Shown: one piece after another, positions 11,855 to 21,664 of the stretch
Layout of the letters: every line of letters begins with the position of its first letter
Numbering within the stretch: position 1 is the first letter of the stretch
From: Coraliomargarita sp.
GTDB lineage: Bacteria; Verrucomicrobiota; Verrucomicrobiia; Opitutales; Coraliomargaritaceae
Direction of reading: 5' to 3'
DNA: 64,000 nucleotides
Assembly: GCA_965216325.1 (NCBI GenBank)
Contig: OZ244160.1
Location: forward strand, 1,664,001 to 1,728,000
Translations under genes and position numbers: made by a program
Notes under the pieces: model-generated
What the model saw: only the letters and a program-made list of their open reading frames with translations
Told to the model about the DNA's origin: nothing
Database searches by the model: none

Positions 11855-12952
11855 TCAACTCAAGCACTTCACTGCCATCTCGCGGCAGACTTCTTCCTGC
11901 TCGTTTGGGCGCTGGATGATCGCTTCGAAGGCCTCCGTGAAGGCGATCTGGAAGTCGACTAGCTTCTTGAGCGGCACCTTGCGGGCCGTCTCGGCCAAGC
12001 GGCCCAGATACCATGGGTTTTGAGTAAAGACATTGAGGTTACTCTTTTCCGGATTCTCTCCAAAGTGTTGGCCATAGGTGCGGGCTGCGGCTTCGAGCTC
12101 GGACTTAGCAATGCCGCGACCACCGATCTGGATGGCTCCTGAATCCAACAGCACGCGCAACTGAATCAGCAAGCGGTTGCGTGACTGTAAGCTCCCGAGC
12201 AAACCGCGTGAATCATTGTTGGTGAAAAAGTGACGACGCAGCGCCTGCAGCGTCCAATCAAGCTTGAGCGAGAAGAAGGCATCCGCTGCCTCGAAGAAAT
12301 CGGCATCGCCGAAGTTCGGCACCAAGTCGGTTACCATGCGTTCATTGATCGGATCGGTGCTGCTGCCCGCGAAGGTGCAGAGCTTGCGGGTCTCTTCGAC
12401 GATCAGGCGAGTATTGCCCTGCACTTTGCCAATTAACAGCTGCACCGCATCACGGGTGATCTGCACGCCCGCTTCTTTGCATTGCTCTTGGATCATGGCG
12501 ACGAGCGCCTGCGCAGAGTCTTTGCCGCCGGCAACGGCAGTGAAGTCGGCCGTCTTCTGCACCCACTTGTAAAAGCTGCGGCGTTTATCCACGGGTTGCG
12601 CGGTAATCAGCACCCCCACCCCCGCGGGATCGAGCTCCGAGAGCAGCTCCTTTAAATCTTCCAACAGGTCCAAAGTGCCCTGCGCGCGGCCGGTGACGCT
12701 GTCCGCCATGAAGTTGACATCCTTCAGCCACACCACCTTGCGCTCACCGAACATGGAGAGCGTCTGCACCGCAGAGCGAAAGCGATTCAGCGCGTCCTCG
12801 ACCTCAGCGAGATTGCCCGCACGCCCATCCACGACTTCCTTGGACAAGTCGTCCATCAGGTCCTTCGTCTGCTCGGCAAACCACGCCTTACCCTTTTCCG
12901 AAACCAGGTAATCGTCGTCGCCGCAGATGAATGTGAAAGGCTTATCAGACAT
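11855..12952 (-). CDS. holA: DNA polymerase III delta subunit
   Basis: FICGDDDYL, TLSMFGERKVVWL, DKRRSFYK, helical C-terminal domain; typical size. Confidence 0.8.
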   Translation of the reverse strand: MSDKPFTFICGDDDYLVSEKGKAWFAEQTKDLMDDLSKEVVDGRAGNLAEVEDALNRFRSAVQTLSMFGERKVVWLKDVNFMADSVTGRAQGTLDLLEDLKELLSELDPAGVGVLITAQPVDKRRSFYKWVQKTADFTAVAGGKDSAQALVAMIQEQCKEAGVQITRDAVQLLIGKVQGNTRLIVEETRKLCTFAGSSTDPINERMVTDLVPNFGDADFFEAADAFFSLKLDWTLQALRRHFFTNNDSRGLLGSLQSRNRLLIQLRVLLDSGAIQIGGRGIAKSELEAAARTYGQHFGENPEKSNLNVFTQNPWYLGRLAETARKVPLKKLVDFQIAFTEAFEAIIQRPNEQEEVCREMAVKCLS

Positions 12953-13083
12953 GAGGTCAGGAGAGGGCTGAAACTTGAAACTTGAGAGCTGAAAAAGTGC
13001 GGAAACTTAGAATCTGAAAACTCGCGTCTCCCTCCTCAGGTTTCAAGTCTCAAGTCTCAACCCTCAAAAGTCTCAGCCCTTCC

Positions 13084-14367
13084 TCAGTCCCGCGATCCAG
13101 GACTCAGAAACTCCTCGATCTTATACTTACGCAACTTGCGGCGCATCCAGTCGAGCGCGGCGATCACGGCGCGCGCTTTCACGTCCAAGCGACCACCGGT
13201 GTAGCGCACGGTCTTGCACCAGACACCGACCGGTGAGTGATACCCAAGATGGATGGTGCCGACTGGGTTCTCCTTGTTGCCACCATCGGGTCCCGCAAAG
13301 CCAGTCACACTCAAGCCGTAATCCGCACACAAGCGCTCCGCTGCACCTGAGGCCATGGCCACCGCACACTCAGGACTCACCGCGCCATGTTGCTCGAGCA
13401 AACTCTCAGGCACTCCCAGTTGAGACACCTTAACGTCGTTGGTGTAGCAAATCACACCACCGACAAAATTCTTCGAGACTCCGGGAATGTTCGTAAACGC
13501 ATCCCCCAACAAGCCCCCCGTGCAAGACTCCGCCACGGCAAGGGTGCGATCCAGGGCACGCAGTTCGCGGAAGACCACCTGCGAGAGCGGGCACTCCCCA
13601 TAACAGACAAAGTCTTCGGCCATGATACGCCTCGCCTCTTGGGCGATCTCCTTCAACTTGTCCGGACCGAGCTTGCCCTTGCGACTGCTGAAGCGCACGT
13701 CCACGATGCCATAGTGCACGCAGTAGGCCACCGTCAGATCGTCATTTTCGGCGATCAAAGGCTGCATGCGCTCTTCGACCGTCGACTCACCCACGCCACA
13801 AGTGCGCACATTAGTATAGACCGGCTCAGCAGCCAACATTCCCTGCGATTGCAGCATGGGCAGCACCTGTTGCTCAAACATTGGATGTAGCTCATGCGTC
13901 GGGCCCGGCAGCATGATTAGAGTTTTACCCTGAGCTTGATAAACCATGCCCGGCGCAGTGCCACACTCGTTACGCAACACCACACTGTCTTGAAAACGAT
14001 AACACTGCTTCTTGTGGTGCGCCGCCATCTCACGACCCAAGACCGCAAAATACTGCGTGATCGCCTCTTCGATCTCCGCATCAAACACCAGCTCCAAGCC
14101 CAAGGCATTCGCAATCGTCTCACGCGTCAGATCATCCGCAGTCGGCCCCAGTCCACCCGTGGTAATAATCACTTCCGAGCGACGCCATGCCTCCCGAAAG
14201 GCACAGGCCACCTCGGGAGGATCATCGGTAATGATCTGCGCACGCTGCACTGGCAGTCCGTAACGAGCCAGCTGCCCACCCAAATATTTAAGGTGTGCAT
14301 TCTCACGGATGCCGACGAGCAACTCGTCGCCGAAATTAATCACTTCAACTGAAGGTAACGCTCCCAT
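13084..14367 (-). CDS. cinA: CinA (ADP-ribose pyrophosphatase/NMN deamidase) competence-damage inducible protein
   Basis: GDELL.G, TTGGLGPTADD, GTAPG, LPGP, AESCTGG, GAVS, GFAGPDGG. Confidence 0.93.
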   Translation of the reverse strand: MGALPSVEVINFGDELLVGIRENAHLKYLGGQLARYGLPVQRAQIITDDPPEVACAFREAWRRSEVIITTGGLGPTADDLTRETIANALGLELVFDAEIEEAITQYFAVLGREMAAHHKKQCYRFQDSVVLRNECGTAPGMVYQAQGKTLIMLPGPTHELHPMFEQQVLPMLQSQGMLAAEPVYTNVRTCGVGESTVEERMQPLIAENDDLTVAYCVHYGIVDVRFSSRKGKLGPDKLKEIAQEARRIMAEDFVCYGECPLSQVVFRELRALDRTLAVAESCTGGLLGDAFTNIPGVSKNFVGGVICYTNDVKVSQLGVPESLLEQHGAVSPECAVAMASGAAERLCADYGLSVTGFAGPDGGNKENPVGTIHLGYHSPVGVWCKTVRYTGGRLDVKARAVIAALDWMRRKLRKYKIEEFLSPGSRD

Positions 14368-14398
14368 CCTATTTTGACATCAACTCCACAACTCCACA

Positions 14399-14461
14399 AC
14401 TTCTGACTTCTGACTTCTGACTTCTGACTTCTGACTTCTGACTTCTGACTTCTGACTTCTG
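14399..14461. repeat. Heptamer tandem repeat (ACTTCTG)x9
   Basis: Nine perfect copies in the cinA/uvrC divergent intergenic region, preceded by two CAACTCCA units. Confidence 0.95.
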
Positions 14462-14487
14462 AACAAGCCTACACTAAATCGTAACAA

Positions 14488-15966
14488 ATGCCAGAGCCGG
14501 ACCAAAGAAACCTGAAAGAAAAAGTGCGGCGCCTCCCGCACAAGCCAGGCGTGTATTTGATGAAAGACCGGCTGGGACAGACCATTTATGTCGGCAAAGC
14601 CAAGGATCTGAAGAAGCGGGTCTCCACCTACTTCCAAGCCTCGCGCAAATTCACCGTGGCGCAGCCCAAGGTCCGGGCGATGCTTGACCTGATCCACGAC
14701 TTCGACACCATTCTGGTCAAGTCCGAGGCTGAAGCGCTCCTACTCGAGAGCCAGCTGATTAAAAAATACAAGCCGCGCTACAACACCGACTTTACCGACG
14801 ACAAGCGCTTTCTCTTGGTGCGCGTGGACTTGCGCGAGACCCTACCCCGGTTCCGACTCACACGCAACCGCATCGACGGGCAGTCGCGCCACTACGGACC
14901 CTTCGCTCACTCGGGGCATCTGCGCAAAACCCTCGCCGAACTACGGCGCAAATTCGGCATCCTGCTCAGTGACGCCAAACCGCTCGACCTCGGCGACGGA
15001 CGCTGGCGCCTCTACGACGACGCCCGCGCCGAAATCTACGAGCACCCGAACGAAGTTACACCCGAGGAATACCGCGAGCGTATGGACGCGGCTTGCGACT
15101 TTCTCGACGGCAAAGCCCGCGAGTGGCTTGAAGAGCTGCAGGAGCAAATGGCCAAGGCCGCCGAAGAGCGCCACTACGAACGCGCCGCCCAACTACGCGA
15201 CATGATCGACGCGCTCAAGCGCACCACCGAGCGCACCCGCAAGTTCGAGCGCAACTTGCTCGGCACCCACAACCACGGCCAAGTCGTCAAACGCCTGCAG
15301 GAGCAGCTTGCCTTGCCGACTCGCCCCAAGCACATAGAGTGTTTTGATATTTCGCACATCTCCGGCAGCTACTGCGTGGCCTCGATGGTGTGCTTCCGCG
15401 ATGGTCGCCCCAGCCGCAAAGACTACCGCCGCTTCAAAATTAAATCCTTCATCGGCAACGACGACTTCCGCGCAATGGAAGAAGTCGTCGGGCGCCGCTA
15501 CCGTCGCCTGCATGAGGAAGGCAAAGCCTTTCCCGATCTCGTCGTCATCGACGGCGGCGCAGGGCAAGTGACCTCGGCACTCAAAGCCTTCCTCGGCCAA
15601 GGCTTGGAACCGCCCGCACTGATTGGCCTCGCCAAGAAAAACGAAACGGTGATCTTCAGCGACGGGCGCGATCCGCTCAACCTCTCGCATCACGACCCGG
15701 CGCTGCGCCTCCTACAACACATACGCGACGAAGCCCACCATTTCGCAAACAGCTTCAACGCCGAGCTACGCAGCAAGCGCCTACGCGAATCCATTCTCGA
15801 AGATTTCAAAGGTCTGGGTGAAGTAAAGCGCATGGCCCTGCTCAAACACTTTGGTTCGCTGGATAAACTCCGTAAAGCCGACGCCGAAGCCATCTGCGAA
15901 GTTGAAGGCATCGGCCCGAAGACCGCGGAGCGACTAGTGGAGTTTTTGAGCGAGAGTTCGGAGTAG
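14488..15966 (+). CDS. uvrC: Excinuclease ABC subunit C
   Basis: GIY-YIG domain (PGVYLM, IYVGKAKDL), UVR motif (YERAAQLRD), ECFDISH, PDLVVIDGG, IRDEAH, two HhH motifs. Confidence 0.95.
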   Translation: MPEPDQRNLKEKVRRLPHKPGVYLMKDRLGQTIYVGKAKDLKKRVSTYFQASRKFTVAQPKVRAMLDLIHDFDTILVKSEAEALLLESQLIKKYKPRYNTDFTDDKRFLLVRVDLRETLPRFRLTRNRIDGQSRHYGPFAHSGHLRKTLAELRRKFGILLSDAKPLDLGDGRWRLYDDARAEIYEHPNEVTPEEYRERMDAACDFLDGKAREWLEELQEQMAKAAEERHYERAAQLRDMIDALKRTTERTRKFERNLLGTHNHGQVVKRLQEQLALPTRPKHIECFDISHISGSYCVASMVCFRDGRPSRKDYRRFKIKSFIGNDDFRAMEEVVGRRYRRLHEEGKAFPDLVVIDGGAGQVTSALKAFLGQGLEPPALIGLAKKNETVIFSDGRDPLNLSHHDPALRLLQHIRDEAHHFANSFNAELRSKRLRESILEDFKGLGEVKRMALLKHFGSLDKLRKADAEAICEVEGIGPKTAERLVEFLSESSE

Positions 15967-15977
15967 AACGTAAAATC

Positions 15978-16055
15978 GTAGGGGCTTTGCTTGCGAAGCC
16001 CGCCCAGTGGCATAGCCTTCTTTTCTAACGCGGGTGTCGCAAGCAACACCCCTAC
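15978..16055. repeat. REP pair (REPIN) upstream of RAYT
   Basis: GTAGGGGCTTTGCTTGCGAAGCCCGC ... GCGGGTGTCGCAAGCAACACCCCTAC. Confidence 0.9.
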
Positions 16056-16060
16056 GAGCT

Positions 16061-16609
16061 ATGCCAATACTGCCGCAGCGCAAAACGGAGAACCTTCTCG
16101 TCGGGCGAGCCTCCATTCCTCGTGCGCGCTACTTCATTACGCTTTGCACTGAAAACAGAGAAGCAGGCCTCACCGAGACATCCTATGCTGAAGCCATCCT
16201 AAACACATGGCGCGAGCACCATCGTGCAGGAGACTTTAAACTACAGTGCGGAACTATAATGCCCGATCACTTTCATGTTTTGTTTGAGTTGGGAGAACGG
16301 CTCTCGCTCTCCCAAGTAATTAGCAAATTTAAATCGACCTGCCCCAGCACGATTTCGTGGCAGCGTAACTACTACGATCATCGACTCCGCGCTGATGACG
16401 CGATGGAGCCCTTCAGCAAATATATTTTCCTTAATCCTTATCGAAAGCAGCTGATCCCCCTCAAGGAGACATGGCCTTGGTGGATATTGAACCGCAAATA
16501 TCGCCCAGAGTTCATTCTCCACCTTAGGAACGCGCGCTATCCTCATGCCGAGTGGATCAGCAAGAGTCCCGCACTCAACAAGCTGATCGAACAAGACCTG
16601 CAGCAGTAG
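16061..16609 (+). mobile_element. REP-associated tyrosine transposase (RAYT / TnpA-REP, Y1 HUH family)
   Basis: YFITLCT, HUH motif MPDHFH, WQRNYYDH, catalytic Tyr in YIFLNP; REP pairs on both sides; no tnpB. Confidence 0.9.
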
Positions 16610-16685
16610 GGGCTTTGCTCGCGAAGCCCGCCACAACGTAAATGAATTCTCTTCCTACAGCGGGTGTCGCAAGTAACACCCCTAC
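16606..16685. repeat. REP pair (REPIN) downstream of RAYT
   Basis: GTAGGGGCTTTGCTCGCGAAGCCCGC ... GCGGGTGTCGCAAGTAACACCCCTAC; each arm differs by one base from the upstream pair. Confidence 0.9.
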
Positions 16686-16755
16686 GCCTCCACACAAGTA
16701 GCACGCCGCCAACTCTTGACTCATCTTCAGGCGTTTAATTTACTCCCCAAGAAAC

Positions 16756-17052
16756 ATGTTCAAGCAATACACCACAGCTGAGCGTCGCATCCGAGAAAAG
16801 CAACGAGAGGAACGATTTACTGTCGTCCTACGAATTAGCTGTGGCCTAATTAGCCTGCTCATAATCGCAGGTTTTATCTATTTTTTCACCAATGGCGGCC
16901 TAGAAGAACTGAAGATTAATCAAGACCTTCGAAAGCATGCACCTAAGCTCGCACTCGCAATCCTCGGCATACTCACAATGACAGGCGTTTACGCAGTCAG
17001 GGGCGACAAAAGCATCGAGTCGATCCGAAGCATGTTTAGAGGCTATCGATGA
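16756..17052 (+). CDS. Small hypothetical membrane protein (2 TM)
   Basis: 98-aa ORF with two hydrophobic segments. Confidence 0.55.
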   Translation: MFKQYTTAERRIREKQREERFTVVLRISCGLISLLIIAGFIYFFTNGGLEELKINQDLRKHAPKLALAILGILTMTGVYAVRGDKSIESIRSMFRGYR

Positions 17053-17171
17053 ACACACGAAAAGCATCCCCTGACATCTCCCATCCGGCAAGCGGATGAC
17101 CTCCCCTTCGCAGGGGAGGAGCTTTTCTTAACTCCGCGCTCTCAGCGAACTCTGCGGTTAATCCACCGAAC

Positions 17172-18884
17172 CTAAGAGGAATAATTCCAGTCCACCACCG
17201 TTGCTTGTGGGTAGCGGTTGTTGCGCCAGAGATTCCAGCTGAAGCGGATCGCGAGGTCGATGGGCTGGCCTGCTTCTGGCGCTTCGTCCATGCGCCATGC
17301 GATTCCAGCGATCGTTTGGCCGGCACCGGTGGGCAGACGGAAGCGGAAGTTGCCTTCACCAAAACAGTGTGGTGCATCGTTGAGCACCACGCCTTTCAAA
17401 CCAAAGATTGGTTCGGCGTTGCCCTGACCGAAGGGATGCAAGCGGTCGAGCTCTTCGAGCAAGCCTTCATGGAGATCCTCCGGCTTCAGCCATGCAGAGA
17501 TATCCAATGAGGCCTCGGGGAGCCCATCCGGATAGAGTTCTTCAAGTGCTTGCACAAAACGCTCGGCAAAGGCCGGCACATTGCTCGCCTTGAGCGACAC
17601 ACCGGCAGCCATTGGGTGGCCGCCCCAGTGGCCTAACAAATCGGTGCAATGTTGGAAAACTTCAACTAGGTTCGCAGCAACGACACTGCGCCCCGAGCCT
17701 TTGGCGTCTTCGCCTTCAGCACCGAGAATCACACAGGGCTTATGGAAGCGGCGGCTGACACGGCTGGCAACAATGCCGACCACGCCCGGGTGCCAGTCTT
17801 CACCGTAGAGCACGATGCCTGGCTTATTCGCGAATTCGCGCTCAGCACGGTCTTCCGCCTCTTGAGCAATGCTGCGTTCGATCGCCTGGCGCTCACGATT
17901 CATCTCGTCGAGCTCTTGCGCGATCTGAGTGCATTTTGCAGAATCGGAACTGAGCAACAAATCGATTGGCAAGGCGGCGTCGGCAAGGCGTCCACTCGCG
18001 TTGATCCGTGGGCCAAGCTTAAACGAGATATCGGTGCTGACCAAATCCTGCGTCGCATCAATACCGCTGACTTGTGCGAGCGCACGCACACCGGTGCGGC
18101 CGTTGGCGCGCAGATGGTGGAGGCCGAACCAAGAAAGGATACGGTTCTCCGCGTGCAGTGGCACGAGGTCAGCCACGGTGCCCATTGCCACCAGATCGAG
18201 ATAATCTTTGAGCTGCACGTTCTCGACACGCGGATCTTCGGCTTCGCGGCGACTCTTCAGCAAGCCATGCAGCAACTTAAACACGAGGCCTGCGGTGCAG
18301 AGGTCGCGCCAGGGGGCATCGGCCGGGTCGTTCACGTGCGGGTTGACGAAAATACAATCTTCCGGGCCGCTGCCCGCCTTGGCCTGGTGGTGGTCGACGA
18401 CGATCACATCGATGCCTTGCTCGCGCAGATAGGCGATCGGCTCGTTGGCATTGGTACCACAGTCGAGTGCAATGAAGAGCGCAGGCGGATTGCCGGCAAA
18501 TACGCGATCGATGGCTTCACGGCTCAAGCCGTAGCCTTCTTCGAGGCGGCGCGGCACACAAAAGCGCGGCTCCAGCTCAAGCTGGCGCAGCAGGCTCACC
18601 AGTTGCACCGTGCTGGTCACCCCATCGACATCGTAGTCACCAAAGACCACGACCGACTCCTTTGCTTCGATCGCTTGCTCGATGCGCTTCACGGCCGCTT
18701 CGAGATTGGTCAGCGCAAAGGGGTTGTCCAACTGAGCAAGGCGTGGACGCAGGAACTCTTCGGCCGCTTCGGCAGAGGTAAGTTCACGTTGTGCTAGAAG
18801 CTGTCCTAGAACTTTGGATACACCGAGTGTTTCGCTCAGCTGAGCAGCCAGCGATTCATCGGTTTCGAGTGAAGTCCAAAGCAT
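17172..18884 (-). CDS. recJ: Single-stranded-DNA exonuclease RecJ
   Basis: GDYDVDG, EGYGL, DCG, DHH, GTVADLVPL, PRINASGR, GSGRS, GGHPMAAG. Start chosen at MLWTSLE, downstream of a REP. Confidence 0.95.
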   Translation of the reverse strand: MLWTSLETDESLAAQLSETLGVSKVLGQLLAQRELTSAEAAEEFLRPRLAQLDNPFALTNLEAAVKRIEQAIEAKESVVVFGDYDVDGVTSTVQLVSLLRQLELEPRFCVPRRLEEGYGLSREAIDRVFAGNPPALFIALDCGTNANEPIAYLREQGIDVIVVDHHQAKAGSGPEDCIFVNPHVNDPADAPWRDLCTAGLVFKLLHGLLKSRREAEDPRVENVQLKDYLDLVAMGTVADLVPLHAENRILSWFGLHHLRANGRTGVRALAQVSGIDATQDLVSTDISFKLGPRINASGRLADAALPIDLLLSSDSAKCTQIAQELDEMNRERQAIERSIAQEAEDRAEREFANKPGIVLYGEDWHPGVVGIVASRVSRRFHKPCVILGAEGEDAKGSGRSVVAANLVEVFQHCTDLLGHWGGHPMAAGVSLKASNVPAFAERFVQALEELYPDGLPEASLDISAWLKPEDLHEGLLEELDRLHPFGQGNAEPIFGLKGVVLNDAPHCFGEGNFRFRLPTGAGQTIAGIAWRMDEAPEAGQPIDLAIRFSWNLWRNNRYPQATVVDWNYSS

Positions 18885-18906
18885 GTTGTATGAGAAGTTA
18901 GGAAAC

Positions 18907-18981
18907 GTAGGGCTTCTGCTTGCAGAATGCGGCATACGCTGGACTGAACGTCCAAAGGCATCGTGCAAGCACGAGCCCCAC
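18907..18981. repeat. Inverted GTAG/GTGG-REP pair
   Basis: GTAGGGCTTCTGCTTGCAGAATGC ... GGCATCGTGCAAGCACGAGCCCCAC. Confidence 0.75.
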
Positions 18982-19066
18982 AGAGACTATAAGATTAAGC
19001 AGAAAACAAAGAATGACGATTCGTTACCGAACCGCCATTCTTAAGATTAAAATTTGAGTAGAATTA

Positions 19067-21619
19067 CTAGGCCTTATCGGCGTTGGTAGCCTCCCACTCG
19101 TAACGCTTCGGAGTGAGTTGGCGCTCCTCGACGTGGCGGCGGTCGCCCTTGTGCCACCAGTAGAACACCGGACTGGCGATAAAGATCGAGGAGAACGTTC
19201 CGGTAAGGATACCAATGATGAAGACGAAGGAGAAGTCCTTGATCACGCCTGCACCGAAGATGTAGAGCGAGCACGCAGCCAGCAAGGTGGTGATACTGGT
19301 GAGCAAGGAACGTGAGAACACGCGGCTAATCGCAACGTTGATGATGTGGCGCAGGCCAGCACCCGGGTTGAGCTCAAGCTCTTCACGGATACGGTCGAAC
19401 ACAACGATGGTATCATTGATCGAATAACCCACGATCATCAGGATCGAGGCCAACATCGGCGCAGTGAACTGGCCGCTCACGAAGAGGCCAAACTCCCCGA
19501 ACAACACGAAGATACCGACGGTCATCAGAACGTCGTGGATGGTCGCAACAACCGCACCGATACCATATCCAACTTCGAAGCGGAAGGCCACGTAGAGGAG
19601 AATACCGCCGAGTGCAGCAAGCACCGACCAAACCGCATTCCACTGAATGTCAGAGGAAACAGAACCACCAATTTGCGAGAATCCCGTTTCTTCAAACTCA
19701 GCTTGCGGGAAGCCCACTTGCAGGGCTGGAAGCACGATCTCACGAGCCGCATCAAACTTAGTCTGAATTTTAAGCACCTCCTGATTTGCACCGATAAGCG
19801 TTTGATAAACTGGGTTTACTTCGCCGAGGCCGTTGTCCTGTGCATACTGCACGATGTCGCCCTCGTCGATCTTCTCCTTGAACTCGACGGTGATCTCATC
19901 ACCACCGGTGAAGTCGATACCGAGGATGTTATCGTGGTGCAGGACGACGCTAGCAACACCGAGCAGCACGATTGTCCAGGACGCGATGAACGCTGGCTTA
20001 CGGAACTTGAAGAAGTCGATCTTGGTTTGGCCACCGAGGTTGATGCCGAGCACCTTGCTCATGCCTGCACGGTAAACGAGGAAGTCGACCATAAAGCGTG
20101 TCACCACCAGCGCACAGAAGATCGAGGCGCAGATACCGATCGCCAAGGTGTAACCGAAGCCCTTCACCGGACCGGTGCCGAGCCAGATGAGGATCGACGC
20201 AGTAATGAGCGTGGTGATGTTGGCGTCCACAATCGTGGAGGTCACCTTTTGGAAAGCTGCGGAGGTTGCATTCTTAATGCTCTTACCCGACTTGAGCTCT
20301 TCGCGGAGGCGCTCGAAGATCAGGATGTTGGCGTCCACACCCATACCGAGTGTGAGCACGAGCGCGGCCACACCGGGAAGTGTGAGGGTCGCGCCGAGGC
20401 TGGCGAGCACGCCGAGAACGATCACTACGTTGATCAGTGCGGAAATAACTGCGACCACACCGCCGATGAAGTAATAAGCGACCATGAATGCGATCACGAG
20501 AATCGCACCGAGGCGAACCGCGCTGATCGAGCTATCCTTAGCGCCCTTCGCCATCGATGGGCCAACTTCAGCCAATTCTTGCACTTGAAGCGGGAGCGCA
20601 AGTGGGTTGTTCAAAACGTTGGCGAGGTCGAACGCTTCACGCTGCGAGTATTGGCCAGTGATTTGCGCTCGGCTGGAAAGCACTGCTTGCACAGTTGGTG
20701 CGGAGTAGAGCTTGCCATCGAGAACAATCGCAAGCGGTTCGCCGACCATTTTTTCGGTAACCGTGCGCAGCACTTTGGCACCATCACTGGTCATCTTCAG
20801 CGCAACTTCAAAACCACCAGATTGGTTTTGGGTCGGAATAGCACTCTCGATAATCTCACCGGTTGCTTCGGGGATCCGCTTCACAAAAAGCAAATTATCG
20901 TAGACCTCCCCAGACTTGGTTTCGCGCTCTTCCGCGAGAAGTTCATAGCCCGGTGGAGGCGTATCCGTATTGGAAGACGGGCTCTGCGTCGAATGCACGC
21001 GACGGAATTCCAAGCGGGCTGGCTTTACCAGTTCCTCCATGATCTCAGGATTGTCCTTGATCGATACACCCGGCATTTGAATTTCGATCGCGGAGCTGCC
21101 ACGCGCACGGATCACTGGCTCGGCAACACCGGAACCGTTGAGGCGGTCGCTCATAATGGTGATCGCCTTGCTGAGCTGTTCGTTCTGCTCAGCCTGAGAC
21201 TTGCCGGCTAGCGCAGAATCAGCGACCGCAAGCGTCGCACTGACACCACCTTTAAGGTCAAGGCCGAGCCGGAGCTGGCTCTGAGCACTTTTGAGCAAAT
21301 GCTTGAGTAGCACATCATTACGCTTTTCTAAATTCGCGATATCCTTTACACGATTGTGTGGCTGCGGGAAAAACTTTGAATAATCAATTTTCTCTGCCTT
21401 GCCAATGTCACGAAGTGCAACGAATAGCGATTGTGACTCTTCATTTGCCACTCGGGCTTGCGCGCGCTCCATGATGGCAGCGAACTCGTCAGCGTCGGCT
21501 GTAGCTTCGGTCACAATGAAGTCCTCAAACGGACGGTCTTTGAGAGGAACGATGCTGCCGATACACCATGCGATGAGGCCGACAGTGAGGAGGAATTTCC
21601 AGAGGATGTTTCCGGACAT
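19067..21619 (-). CDS. secDF: Fused protein translocase subunit SecDF
   Basis: LGLDLKGG, VGPS, GMGVDANILIFER, DANITT, GIDFTGG, GYSINDTIVVFDRIRE. Confidence 0.97.
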   Translation of the reverse strand: MSGNILWKFLLTVGLIAWCIGSIVPLKDRPFEDFIVTEATADADEFAAIMERAQARVANEESQSLFVALRDIGKAEKIDYSKFFPQPHNRVKDIANLEKRNDVLLKHLLKSAQSQLRLGLDLKGGVSATLAVADSALAGKSQAEQNEQLSKAITIMSDRLNGSGVAEPVIRARGSSAIEIQMPGVSIKDNPEIMEELVKPARLEFRRVHSTQSPSSNTDTPPPGYELLAEERETKSGEVYDNLLFVKRIPEATGEIIESAIPTQNQSGGFEVALKMTSDGAKVLRTVTEKMVGEPLAIVLDGKLYSAPTVQAVLSSRAQITGQYSQREAFDLANVLNNPLALPLQVQELAEVGPSMAKGAKDSSISAVRLGAILVIAFMVAYYFIGGVVAVISALINVVIVLGVLASLGATLTLPGVAALVLTLGMGVDANILIFERLREELKSGKSIKNATSAAFQKVTSTIVDANITTLITASILIWLGTGPVKGFGYTLAIGICASIFCALVVTRFMVDFLVYRAGMSKVLGINLGGQTKIDFFKFRKPAFIASWTIVLLGVASVVLHHDNILGIDFTGGDEITVEFKEKIDEGDIVQYAQDNGLGEVNPVYQTLIGANQEVLKIQTKFDAAREIVLPALQVGFPQAEFEETGFSQIGGSVSSDIQWNAVWSVLAALGGILLYVAFRFEVGYGIGAVVATIHDVLMTVGIFVLFGEFGLFVSGQFTAPMLASILMIVGYSINDTIVVFDRIREELELNPGAGLRHIINVAISRVFSRSLLTSITTLLAACSLYIFGAGVIKDFSFVFIIGILTGTFSSIFIASPVFYWWHKGDRRHVEERQLTPKRYEWEATNADKA

Positions 21620-21664
21620 AGTTGTTGGGTTCCTTAATGGAGGTTGGTTGGGGCAGTGTGCGCT

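Noticed and set aside
14380..14697. ORFs containing SQKSEVR or GQRSEVR peptide repeats (also 26396-26593)
   Set aside because: These are translations of the heptamer DNA arrays, antisense to uvrC and tetR.
16034..16609. IS200/IS605 element with TnpB/IscB
   Set aside because: No accessory nuclease ORF; the flanks are GTAG-REP pairs typical of RAYT.
19346..21211. 621-aa ORF on the + strand
   Set aside because: Antisense shadow of secDF; no recognisable motifs; expected from codon bias in GC-rich genes.
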